Below, piece by piece: positions 11,005 through 20,145 of a stretch of 64,000 nucleotides of DNA. Both the position numbers and the translations under genes were made by a program. The stretch covers positions 345,236-409,235 of the forward strand of contig CAYMVY010000001.1 of the NCBI GenBank assembly GCA_964394405.1, written 5' to 3'. Each line of letters begins with the position of its first letter. Positions within the stretch are counted from its first letter, which is position 1. Under the pieces are notes generated by a model. It was not told the origin of the DNA. It was given only the letters and a program-made list of their open reading frames with translations, and did no database searches. Source of the DNA: an uncultured Gammaproteobacteria bacterium (GTDB taxonomy: Bacteria; Patescibacteriota; Patescibacteriia; Magasanikbacterales; UBA922).

Positions 11005-11020
11005 ATATTACACTAGATTT

Positions 11021-11563
11021 TTATTTTGCGAAGGTCTGGTGGAAGAGCTCCATACTGTCTTTCACTACTTGAATTGCTTTTTGCTTGTCTCCAAATCCAG
11101 TCACCTCGACAACTTTTTTCTTTTCAAGTTTTTTGTACTCTTCGAAGAATTGTTTGATTTCATCGAGGGTATGTTGAGGAATGTCTGAGAGATCATTGAT
11201 ATGCTTCACATTGGGATCTTTGGTTGCGACTGCAATAATCTTATCATCAGCCTCTCCTCCATCTACCATACCCATAACTCCGACTACACGCACTTCGACG
11301 AGACAGAGTGGGGGAAGGACTTCGGAGCAGAGTACGAGTACATCGAGATCGTCTCCATCTTCACAATACGTCTGTGGGATCAGTCCATAGTTTTGTGGAT
11401 AGTGGACTGCAGAATAGAGTACGCGATCGAGCTTAACTAAATTACTACTTTTATCAATTTCAAATTTTGCTTTACTTCCGCGGGGGATTTCAATGATTGC
11501 TTGTACGACTTCAGGAGCTCCTTCTCCGATTGATACTGAATGCCAGGGATTTTTACTTTCCAT
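11021..11563 (-). CDS. ppa: inorganic pyrophosphatase (family I)
   Basis: 180 aa with the classic family I PPase blocks: EIPRGSKAKFEID, YPQNYGLIPQT, DGDDLDVLVL and VVGVMGMVDGGEADDKIIAV. Confidence 0.92.
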   Translation of the reverse strand: MESKNPWHSVSIGEGAPEVVQAIIEIPRGSKAKFEIDKSSNLVKLDRVLYSAVHYPQNYGLIPQTYCEDGDDLDVLVLCSEVLPPLCLVEVRVVGVMGMVDGGEADDKIIAVATKDPNVKHINDLSDIPQHTLDEIKQFFEEYKKLEKKKVVEVTGFGDKQKAIQVVKDSMELFHQTFAK

Positions 11564-11638
11564 AGAATTAATTATTTTGAATATTCATAGCTAGTATCCT
11601 AGCTTAATGATCTGGTTTTGTAAAGGTTTTTAAAAGAG

Positions 11639-11667
11639 TTGATTTTTTCAATATTTTTGTTAAAATC
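11639..11667 (+). promoter_or_regulatory. candidate sigma-70-type promoter for yebC (TTGATT - 16 nt - TAAAAT)
   Basis: -35-like ttgatt at 11639-11644 and -10-like taaaat at 11661-11666, about 30 nt upstream of the yebC ATG. Confidence 0.3.
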
Positions 11668-11695
11668 CTACATATTAAAGACTAAGACTATAGAT

Positions 11696-12427
11696 ATGTC
11701 AGGTCATTCTAAGTGGCATAATATCCAAGGCAAGAAGGGGAAAGCTGATAAAGCTCGAGCAAACGCGTTTACCAAAGTTTCAAAGGCAATTACGGTTGCA
11801 GCACAGAATGGTGGTGGAGATCCTGCCATGAATTTTTCATTGCGTCTCGCAATTGATAAAGCAAAGGAAGTAAACATGCCGAAAGACAATATTGATCGCG
11901 CAGTGAAGAAAGGAACTGGAGAATTAAAAGATGGGGCAGTATTGCAGGAGGTGGTATACGAAGGATATGGACCAGGCGGAGTTGCAATGCTTATTGAATC
12001 AGTCACGGATAATACGAATCGAGCGCTTACTGAAATCAAAAACGCATTTACCAAAATTGGCGGGTCACTCGGGAGCAAGGGCGCAGTTGCGTGGCAATTT
12101 GAGTACAAAGCAGTACTTCGTATTAGTGCTGAGAAAAAACAAGAGATAAAAAACTGGGAAGAACTCGAACTTGCGCTCATGGATGCAGGAGTAGATGATA
12201 TTCGGGAAAGTGAGGATGGTGTCGAGCTTATTGGTCCCAAAGAAAAATTTCAGGCAATGAATGAAGTCCTTCATAAAGCAGGGATTAATCCTGATAGTGC
12301 AGGGCTTGAATGGATGGCAAAAGAGACAATGGAGTTGTCAGAGGAACAGTCACAGGTGCTTACTGAACTGGTTGATGCACTCTATGACCTCGATGATGTA
12401 AAAGAGGTATATACCACTGCTCGCTAA
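11696..12427 (+). CDS. yebC: YebC/PmpR family DNA-binding transcriptional regulator
   Basis: The N-terminus MSGHSKWHNIQGKKGKADKARANAFTK is the signature start of the YebC family. Length is about 243 aa. The track ORF starts 57 nt earlier at an upstream in-frame ATG. Confidence 0.88.
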   Translation: MSGHSKWHNIQGKKGKADKARANAFTKVSKAITVAAQNGGGDPAMNFSLRLAIDKAKEVNMPKDNIDRAVKKGTGELKDGAVLQEVVYEGYGPGGVAMLIESVTDNTNRALTEIKNAFTKIGGSLGSKGAVAWQFEYKAVLRISAEKKQEIKNWEELELALMDAGVDDIRESEDGVELIGPKEKFQAMNEVLHKAGINPDSAGLEWMAKETMELSEEQSQVLTELVDALYDLDDVKEVYTTAR

Positions 12428-12437
12428 TATCAAAACA

Positions 12438-12465
12438 AAAACAGCCTAGTTATAAGCTGTTTTTG
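12438..12465 (+). terminator. rho-independent terminator of yebC, also the left direct repeat of the G+C-rich insert
   Basis: aaaacagc-ctagttataa-gctgttttt hairpin plus a T-run, immediately after the yebC stop. Confidence 0.5.
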
Positions 12466-12945
12466 GTTGGGGTCGTCGCAGGGTTGCTGCGACGACCAGG
12501 ATTGTCACGCGGCCTCGTTTTCGGGCACGCTGATCCTCCAGATATCTTCGGAGGAGCAGGGGTTCCCGTCGGAGTCGAGCGCACAGGCGAAGATCGTGGC
12601 CGACTTCCAACGCTTCAGGACCGCAGTTTTGAGAGACTGAAGGCAGATCCAGCTCAAGGCCGGTCGCTCGATCCTGATCCGCTGGATCTCGTAGCTCTCC
12701 CAGCTGGCGTAGACCTTGTCGTTGACGTCGACCACGGAATCCGTGTGGACCGAGATGAACTCGATCGGACCATCCATGCCGATGATAAGTACGATCGGAC
12801 CCTTCTCGTCCTCATTCCATTGGATTGGAGCGAGAACGCGTTCGGAACGCCCGATACGCACTTCAGCACCTTCTGTGGTTGAACACAGGTGACACATACA
12901 CCCCCCTTATACTATCTACGGCTAGAGGAATTCCAGCCTGGCTAT
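12466..12945. mobile_element. G+C-rich insertion of about 480 bp, bounded by imperfect direct repeats ACAGCCTAGTTATAAGCTG / ACAGCCTAGTAAAAGCTG
   Basis: Abrupt compositional shift: the insert is clearly G+C-rich while the flanks are AT-rich. The direct repeats lie at 12441-12459 and 12946-12963. ORFs are open on both strands, as expected for high-GC DNA. Confidence 0.4.
12505..12897 (-). CDS. hypothetical protein (130 aa) encoded within the G+C-rich insert
   Basis: The minus-strand ORF MCHLCSTTEGAEVRIGRSERVLAPIQWNEDEKGPIVLIIGMDG... has protein-like composition. The overlapping plus-strand ORF (12463..12882) is R/G/P/D-rich and typical of high-GC antisense artefacts. I recognise no domain. Confidence 0.35.
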   Translation of the reverse strand: MCHLCSTTEGAEVRIGRSERVLAPIQWNEDEKGPIVLIIGMDGPIEFISVHTDSVVDVNDKVYASWESYEIQRIRIERPALSWICLQSLKTAVLKRWKSATIFACALDSDGNPCSSEDIWRISVPENEAA

Positions 12946-13076
12946 ACAGCCTAGTAAAAGCTGCACAGCCTGACCGGGATACATAAGAAAAGTAGTACAC
13001 TGTAGAGGATTTCAGTGTTTTTGTCAATACTATGCCCAATAGCAGTTTACATGCTAAAATAAGATCGATACTTGGT

Positions 13077-13592
13077 ATGCCTATCTCCAAACCACAAAAA
13101 ATTACTCGTATTCTCGGTATTGATCCAGGCTTTGGCCGTGTCGGTTTTGGAATTATTGATGTCGCAGGTGATAGATTTCGAGTAGTTGAGTATGGATGTA
13201 TTGAGACTGATACCAAACGGACATTTGTCGAGCGACTGGAAGACATTTCAGATGAGCTGATTACAATTATTCGGAAGCACAAGCCCAATTGTGGGGCAGT
13301 GGAAGAGTTGTTTTTCTACAAAAATGTCACGACTGCTATGAAAGTGAGTCAGGCTAGAGGTGTCATTCTTCTGACCCTGAGAAAAGCCAGACTCCCGATT
13401 CATGAATACACCCCACTACAAGTAAAGCAGAGCCTGACCGGGTATGGAAATGCAGCCAAATCTCAGCTTGAGACTATGGTCAAAGTAATTTTGGGCTTGA
13501 AGAAAAAAATCACTTCAGATGACGCAGCTGATGCCCTTGCTATTGCGCTTACCTGCGCAGCTTCGCGAAAGATGGAGGAACTTACAGGCTAA
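13077..13592 (+). CDS. ruvC: crossover junction endodeoxyribonuclease RuvC
   Basis: The ILGIDPGFGRVGFGIID N-terminal catalytic Asp motif and an RNase H-like fold pattern. An upstream in-frame ATG at 13032 would add 15 aa. Confidence 0.88.
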   Translation: MPISKPQKITRILGIDPGFGRVGFGIIDVAGDRFRVVEYGCIETDTKRTFVERLEDISDELITIIRKHKPNCGAVEELFFYKNVTTAMKVSQARGVILLTLRKARLPIHEYTPLQVKQSLTGYGNAAKSQLETMVKVILGLKKKITSDDAADALAIALTCAASRKMEELTG

Positions 13593-13613
13593 GTGTGCTA
13601 TAATAGATTTGAT

Positions 13614-13740
13614 AAACTCAAAACTCAAATGTCAAAACGCAAAACTATAACTCAAAACTCGAATCTTTCGAGACCTCTGTTGAAATAGGTTTTAAGATTT
13701 AAGTTGATAGTTTTGAACTTTGAGTTTTAAGTTTTGAGAT
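13614..13740. repeat. AT-rich palindromic intergenic repeat (AAACTCAAAAC family), copy 2
   Basis: aaactcaaaactcaaatgtcaaaacgcaaaactataactcaaaactcgaatc ... ttaagatttaagttgatagttttgaactttgagttttaagttttgagat. The arms are approximate reverse complements. Confidence 0.6.
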
Positions 13741-13749
13741 AACATATAT

Positions 13750-14736
13750 ATGAGAATTGCTATCAATGGTTTTGGGAGAATCGGGCGCCATGCATTCAAA
13801 ATTGCGTTTCAGAAAAAACTAGATATCGTCGGGATCAATGATCTGACTGATACGAGAACTTTGGCGCATCTATTGAAGCATGATACTGCGTACAATGATT
13901 TTGAATTTCCAGTTTCTTTTGATGAGAAACATATTATAGTAAAAGGTAAAAAAATTCCGGTCTTTGCTGAGAAAGATCCTGCAATGTTGCCTTGGAAAAA
14001 GCTCAAAGTTGATGTCGTAATCGAATCAACTGGTCGATTTACTGATGCAGAGAGTGCAAAAGCACACATTACAGCTGGAGCGAAGAAAGTGGTGATCTCA
14101 GCTCCGGGAAAAGGTGAGTTGAAAACCTATGTTCGTGGGGTAAATGATAAGGAATACAAAGGTGAACCTATTCTTGATAATGCTTCATGTACCACGAATT
14201 GCGCGGCACCCATGATGCTGGTCTTGGAAAAAGAATTTGGTATAGAAAAGGCAATGCTCACCACTGTTCATTCATATACAGCTTCTCAAGTACTTCAGGA
14301 TGGCCCTTCAAAAGATCTTCGTGAAGCACGTGCTGCTGCGCAAAATATGGTTCCTACCAAAACTGGGGCAGCTGTTGCTGTGACTCGGACCATTCCTCAA
14401 TTGCAGGGGAAATTCGACGGACTTTCAATTCGAGTTCCAACTATTACCGTTTCTCTAACCGACATTACGGTATTATTGAAAAAAAGCACAACAGTGGAAG
14501 AAATAAATAAAGCATATATCAAAGCCTCAAAAACGTACCTCAAAGGAATTCTCGATGTGTCACATGAGCCATTGGTTTCAAGTGATTATATTGGAAATCC
14601 GTATTCAGCAATTGTGGACGCCGAACTCACTCGAGTGGTAGATGGTAATTTGGTGAAAGTCGTTGGATGGTATGACAATGAATGGGGTTATGCAAATCGA
14701 TTGGTGGAGATGGCGGTGATTGCAGGGAAGAAATAA
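13750..14736 (+). CDS. gap: glyceraldehyde-3-phosphate dehydrogenase
   Basis: MRIAINGFGRIGR NAD-binding N-terminus and the catalytic ASCTTNC motif. 328 aa. Confidence 0.95.
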   Translation: MRIAINGFGRIGRHAFKIAFQKKLDIVGINDLTDTRTLAHLLKHDTAYNDFEFPVSFDEKHIIVKGKKIPVFAEKDPAMLPWKKLKVDVVIESTGRFTDAESAKAHITAGAKKVVISAPGKGELKTYVRGVNDKEYKGEPILDNASCTTNCAAPMMLVLEKEFGIEKAMLTTVHSYTASQVLQDGPSKDLREARAAAQNMVPTKTGAAVAVTRTIPQLQGKFDGLSIRVPTITVSLTDITVLLKKSTTVEEINKAYIKASKTYLKGILDVSHEPLVSSDYIGNPYSAIVDAELTRVVDGNLVKVVGWYDNEWGYANRLVEMAVIAGKK

Positions 14737-14740
14737 AACA

Positions 14741-14830
14741 AAGTAAAAAATAAAAAGGAAAAAGGCAAAAGAAAATACAAATTATTTCGAATTTCTTTTT
14801 ACTTTTTACCTTTTTCTTTTGACTTTCAAA
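14741..14830. repeat. AT-rich inverted repeat of the AAAGTAAAAAG family, between gap and pgk
   Basis: aagtaaaaaataaaaaggaaaaaggcaaaagaaaa ... ttctttttactttttacctttttcttttgactttc, arms reverse-complementary. The same motif is found at 16118-16150, 52489-52560 and 56781-56812, and in frame inside valS. Confidence 0.55.
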
Positions 14831-14832
14831 AT

Positions 14833-16029
14833 ATGAAACTTCGCAGTATTACACAGGTTAAAGATCTCGCGGGAAAACGAGTTCTCGTTCGCGTTGACTA
14901 CAATGTACCTATAGTAAAAGGGAAAATAGGGGAAACATTTCGCATCAGGGCCTCGCTTGAAACAATCAATTTTTTGCTTGAGAAAAAAGCATGCGTTCTT
15001 CTGATCGCACATATTGGCAGGCCGGGAGGGAAAGTGGTGAAAGAGTTGCAAATCGATCCAGTTGCAAAAGAATTGGAACGGATGCTCAAAAAGAACGTAC
15101 AAATTATTAGATCAAAAGATTGGTCAGATTTGAAAAAAATAGAAAAAGAAGTTTCAAAAATAAAACAAGAAACAGTAGCTATTTTTGATAATATTCGCTT
15201 TGCTGAAGGCGAAGAAAATAACAAAGAATATTTTTCGAAAGAACTAGCGTCACTAGGTGATATCTTCGTGCTTGATGGATTTGGGGTAGCACATCGATCG
15301 AGTCCTTCAGTCACCGGTATTGCTGGCTATATTCCTTCGTATGCGGGATTGTTGCTTGAAAAAGAAGTCGAGGGGTTGACCCGGGTAATTGAAGCAGGTA
15401 AGAAGAATAGTGTATTAATTATCGGAGGCGCAAAAATAGAAACCAAGCTACCAGTCATCACTCACTTGAAAAATAAAGTTGAAGTGGTGTTGGTAGGTGG
15501 AGGGATTGTGAACACATATCTGAAAGCAGAAGGATTTGGAGTAGGTGCGTCTTTGGTAGACGAAGAATTGATGTCTGAAGCAAAAAAACTTCGCAACATA
15601 CGGTCGATTGAATGGCCTGTAGATGTAGTCGTGGGAAAAAAAGATGGGTCAGGTGCGCGGGTGGTAGAGCTTTCGAAAAAACCTAGTAAAATTTGCGAGG
15701 ATGATGAAGCTATTTTTGATATCGGTCCTGCGACTATCCAACTGTATGCAGAAGATATCAAATTGTCACAGTCAATCATCTGGAATGGGGCTACTGGCTA
15801 TTTTGAACAAAAACCCTATGATGTCGGAACTCTTTCAATTGCTCGACTCGTAGCGTCACGATCAAAAGGAGAGGCTTTTGGTGTGATTGGTGGGGGAGAA
15901 ACAATTCAGGCGATGAATCAAACGGGGATGGAAGAATTTGTTGATTTGGTTTCAACTGGTGGTGGAGCAATGCTCGAATTTCTGGCAGGAAACGTGCTTC
16001 CAGGAGTGGAGATTGTTACAAAAAGATAA
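14833..16029 (+). CDS. pgk: phosphoglycerate kinase
   Basis: 398 aa with N- and C-domain PGK motifs: RVDYNVP, LIAHIGRP, GGGA. Confidence 0.93.
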   Translation: MKLRSITQVKDLAGKRVLVRVDYNVPIVKGKIGETFRIRASLETINFLLEKKACVLLIAHIGRPGGKVVKELQIDPVAKELERMLKKNVQIIRSKDWSDLKKIEKEVSKIKQETVAIFDNIRFAEGEENNKEYFSKELASLGDIFVLDGFGVAHRSSPSVTGIAGYIPSYAGLLLEKEVEGLTRVIEAGKKNSVLIIGGAKIETKLPVITHLKNKVEVVLVGGGIVNTYLKAEGFGVGASLVDEELMSEAKKLRNIRSIEWPVDVVVGKKDGSGARVVELSKKPSKICEDDEAIFDIGPATIQLYAEDIKLSQSIIWNGATGYFEQKPYDVGTLSIARLVASRSKGEAFGVIGGGETIQAMNQTGMEEFVDLVSTGGGAMLEFLAGNVLPGVEIVTKR

Positions 16030-16152
16030 TTTCAACGTATATATCCACAGACGAGTAACGAATAAAAAGTTATTTTGTGCTATACTTCCCTCATTGAATG
16101 AATTTTGAAATTATCTTTTTACTTTTGCCTTTTTAATTTTTACTTTGCACGT

Positions 16153-17049
16153 ATGCCTGTCAAAAAATCATTTACTCGTCCAATGATGGATGAGCCACTA
16201 GCACCGGTTATGCCGGTCATGTCGACAACTGAATCTGATCATTCAATGCATTCATGTAAAAATGAGCGTTGTGAGAAACATGGATGGTGTGGATGGGTAG
16301 GAAAAAAATTGTTAGTAACATTCTTCGGTATTCTTGTCGTGTATTTGATTGTATTTTTGGGAGTTTTGATTCGAAATGAAGTTAGAAAATACGATTTTAT
16401 TGGACAGGCAGACAAAGCTGAGCGTACTATCCGAGTAGAAGCAGAGGGTAAGGTGAGTGTAAAACCAGATGTTGCTATGACTACTATGGGCGTCACCACC
16501 GAATCACCAACTGTTGCTGAAGCACAGCAGAAGAATACTGAGGTCGTAAATAAATTGATTTCCCGAGTGAAAGAATTGGGAGTGGATGCAGCGGATATAC
16601 AGACGCGCGATTATAGTGTCTACCCTGCGTACAATTACCCAACGGACGGGAGCAAACCAGAACTCAGAGGATATACAATTAGTCAGAATGTAGCAATTAA
16701 AATTAGAGATCTTACAAAGTCAAGCGCTGTACTTGCTCTCGCAGGTGAAGTGGGTGCGACCAATGTAAGCGGTCTTGAATTCACGATTGATGACAAGGAT
16801 TCATATCTAGAAGCTGCTCGTACGGATGCGCTTAAAAAAGTAAATGACAAAGCACGAGCTCTTGCGAGTATGCTCGGCCTCAACCTAGCTTCAATCGTAT
16901 CGTATGACGAATATGAGAGTTCTCCTACTCCATATTATGGAGCCAAATTGTATGATATGGGAATGGGAGGAGCAGAATCTATGCCTCAAATCGAAGCTGG
17001 GACCAATGATGTGGTATTGCGGGTTGGCGTCACCTTTGAACTCAAATAA
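16153..17049 (+). CDS. SIMPL (DUF541)-domain membrane-anchored protein
   Basis: N-terminal TM (LLVTFFGILVVYLIVFLGVL) followed by a region matching the SIMPL/26-kDa periplasmic protein pattern: IRVEAEGKVSVKPDVA...GYTISQNVAIKIRDL...GLEFTIDD...AARTDALKKVNDKARALASMLG. The start is uncertain between 16105 and 16153. Confidence 0.65.
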   Translation: MPVKKSFTRPMMDEPLAPVMPVMSTTESDHSMHSCKNERCEKHGWCGWVGKKLLVTFFGILVVYLIVFLGVLIRNEVRKYDFIGQADKAERTIRVEAEGKVSVKPDVAMTTMGVTTESPTVAEAQQKNTEVVNKLISRVKELGVDAADIQTRDYSVYPAYNYPTDGSKPELRGYTISQNVAIKIRDLTKSSAVLALAGEVGATNVSGLEFTIDDKDSYLEAARTDALKKVNDKARALASMLGLNLASIVSYDEYESSPTPYYGAKLYDMGMGGAESMPQIEAGTNDVVLRVGVTFELK

Positions 17050-17064
17050 GAATAATATAGAGCA

Positions 17065-17096
17065 AAAAACGACCTTTTCAAGGTCGTTTTTGTTTG
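17065..17096 (+). terminator. rho-independent terminator
   Basis: aaaaacgacc-ttttcaa-ggtcgttttt followed by gtttg. Confidence 0.6.
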
Positions 17097-17150
17097 ATAT
17101 AATTATTTTCTAGTTCATAGCCAATCCCGATTTAATCGGGATGAACTTAG

Positions 17151-18425
<1,275 letters not shown>

Positions 18426-18443
18426 TATTATATTTTATATAAC

Positions 18444-18560
18444 TGAAAACTTAAATGTCAAAACTTAAAACTATAACTAAAAATTTAAAACTAGTTATTG
18501 AATTTAAAGTTTTTAGATTTAAGTTGCGGTTTTGACTTTTGAGTTTTACGTTTTGAGTCC
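18444..18560. repeat. AT-rich palindromic intergenic repeat (AAACTCAAAAC family), copy 3
   Basis: aaaacttaaatgtcaaaacttaaaactataactaaaaatttaaaac ... aaagtttttagatttaagttgcggttttgacttttgagttttacgttttgag. Confidence 0.55.
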
Positions 18561-18567
18561 GAATACT

Positions 18568-20142
18568 ATGTCTAAAACACAAAAACAACCTAAACAAATA
18601 CCATCCCCTACAGTCCTCATTATTCTCGATGGATTTGGTCTGGCTCCTGAGAAAAACGAAGGGAATGCGATTACCTCAAAAACCGCGCCGAATATTTTTG
18701 GGTATCTAAAAAAATATCCAAATTCAAAACTCAAAACTTCTGGTGAGCAGGTGGGACTGTTTCCCGGACAGATTGGAAATTCTGAGGCAGGACATTTGAA
18801 TATTGGAGCAGGAAGAATTGTAAAACAGGATTTGGTCTGCATTTCAGATTCAATCCATGATGGGACGTTTTTTAAAAATGAAGCATTCAAGCAGGCGCTC
18901 TTCCATGTAAAAAAATATAATTCCGCTGTTCATCTCATGGGACTTCTGACAGATGGGAATAGTGCCCACTCATATCCTGAACATGTCTACGCATTGCTTG
19001 AACTCTGCCGGAGAGAAGGAATTGACCGAGTGTATCTGCATCTATTTACTGATGGTCGTGACTCGGGCCCCCATGCAGCGGCTACATATTTGCATGAACT
19101 TCGTGGTCACATGCTCCATACTGAAAAAATTGCGACTATCATGGGTAGACTGTATGGCATGGATCGAAATAAAATATGGAGTCGTACTGAAGCCGCATAT
19201 GAAGCTATGGTCATGGGTATAGGGCACAAAGTAGCGAGCGCGGAAGAAGCTCTAGAGCAGGCGTATAATCGGGGAGAGACAGATGAATTTGTCACTCCAT
19301 CAGTCATGGTAGATGACAAGGGCAAACCGATTGCGTCAATCAATGACCATGATACTGTTATATTTTTCAATGCGCGGTCTGATCGTGCTCGTCAGATCAC
19401 CAAAGCATTTGTGCAAGATGACTTTAATAAACGGAATCCTGGGTCGTTCAAAAGAGTTAAAGTGCCCAAAAATATCAGATTTGTGGCGCTTACTGATTTT
19501 GGACCGGATCTTGAGCGAATACTCACCGTATTTCCTTCACCTGATGTGTACAATACCTTGCCTTTGGCACTTTCAAATTTTACACAAGTGTATATTGCAG
19601 AATCTGAGAAGTATGCACATGTTACCTATTTTATCAACGGTGGTTATGCTGAACCAGTCAATGGCGAAGATTGGATTAAAATAGAATCAAAGACAGTGGC
19701 TCATCATGATACCAAGCCAGAAATGGCAGCAAAAGAAATTACCAAAAAGGTTGTGGGACTGATGAAGAAAGACGCCTATCAGTTTTACTGTATCAATTAT
19801 GCGAATGCTGATATGGTAGGGCATACAGGCAACCTCAAAGCTGCAAAAACAGCAGTTACGACGATTGATACCTGTGTCGGAGAGATTGTTGATACGACCC
19901 TTGCAAAAGGTGGACAGGTGCTGATTGTCTCGGATCATGGTAATGCGGAAGAAATGAAAAATTTGAAAACAGGAGAAGTGGATACTGAACATAATCTGAA
20001 TCCTGTTCCCTGCATATTGATTCGCAATATAGTCAAGGGAATAAAATTGAAAGATGGTATTCTCGCAGATGTGGCGCCGACGATTATTAAAATGGTAGAA
20101 GGCAGGCAGCCACGAGAGATGACAGGTAAACCTTTATTTTAA
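18568..20142 (+). CDS. gpmI: 2,3-bisphosphoglycerate-independent phosphoglycerate mutase (iPGM), paralogue 1
   Basis: ILDGFG, GNSEAGHLNIGAGR (catalytic Ser), YANADMVGHTG and SDHGNAEE motifs. The track ORF begins 36 nt earlier at an upstream ATG. Confidence 0.9.
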   Translation: MSKTQKQPKQIPSPTVLIILDGFGLAPEKNEGNAITSKTAPNIFGYLKKYPNSKLKTSGEQVGLFPGQIGNSEAGHLNIGAGRIVKQDLVCISDSIHDGTFFKNEAFKQALFHVKKYNSAVHLMGLLTDGNSAHSYPEHVYALLELCRREGIDRVYLHLFTDGRDSGPHAAATYLHELRGHMLHTEKIATIMGRLYGMDRNKIWSRTEAAYEAMVMGIGHKVASAEEALEQAYNRGETDEFVTPSVMVDDKGKPIASINDHDTVIFFNARSDRARQITKAFVQDDFNKRNPGSFKRVKVPKNIRFVALTDFGPDLERILTVFPSPDVYNTLPLALSNFTQVYIAESEKYAHVTYFINGGYAEPVNGEDWIKIESKTVAHHDTKPEMAAKEITKKVVGLMKKDAYQFYCINYANADMVGHTGNLKAAKTAVTTIDTCVGEIVDTTLAKGGQVLIVSDHGNAEEMKNLKTGEVDTEHNLNPVPCILIRNIVKGIKLKDGILADVAPTIIKMVEGRQPREMTGKPLF

Positions 20143-20145
20143 TGT

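Noticed and set aside
12463-12882. 139-aa plus-strand ORF in the 12.5-kb G+C-rich insert
   Set aside because: Composition (RRPGLSRGLVFGHADPPDIFGGAGVPVGVERTGEDRGR) looks like a high-GC antisense artefact. The overlapping minus-strand ORF is more protein-like.
14741-14830. Small ORF or promoter in the AAAGTAAAAAG inverted repeat between gap and pgk
   Set aside because: The region is a low-complexity palindrome. I could not identify convincing -35/-10 hexamers with proper spacing, so it is reported only as a repeat.
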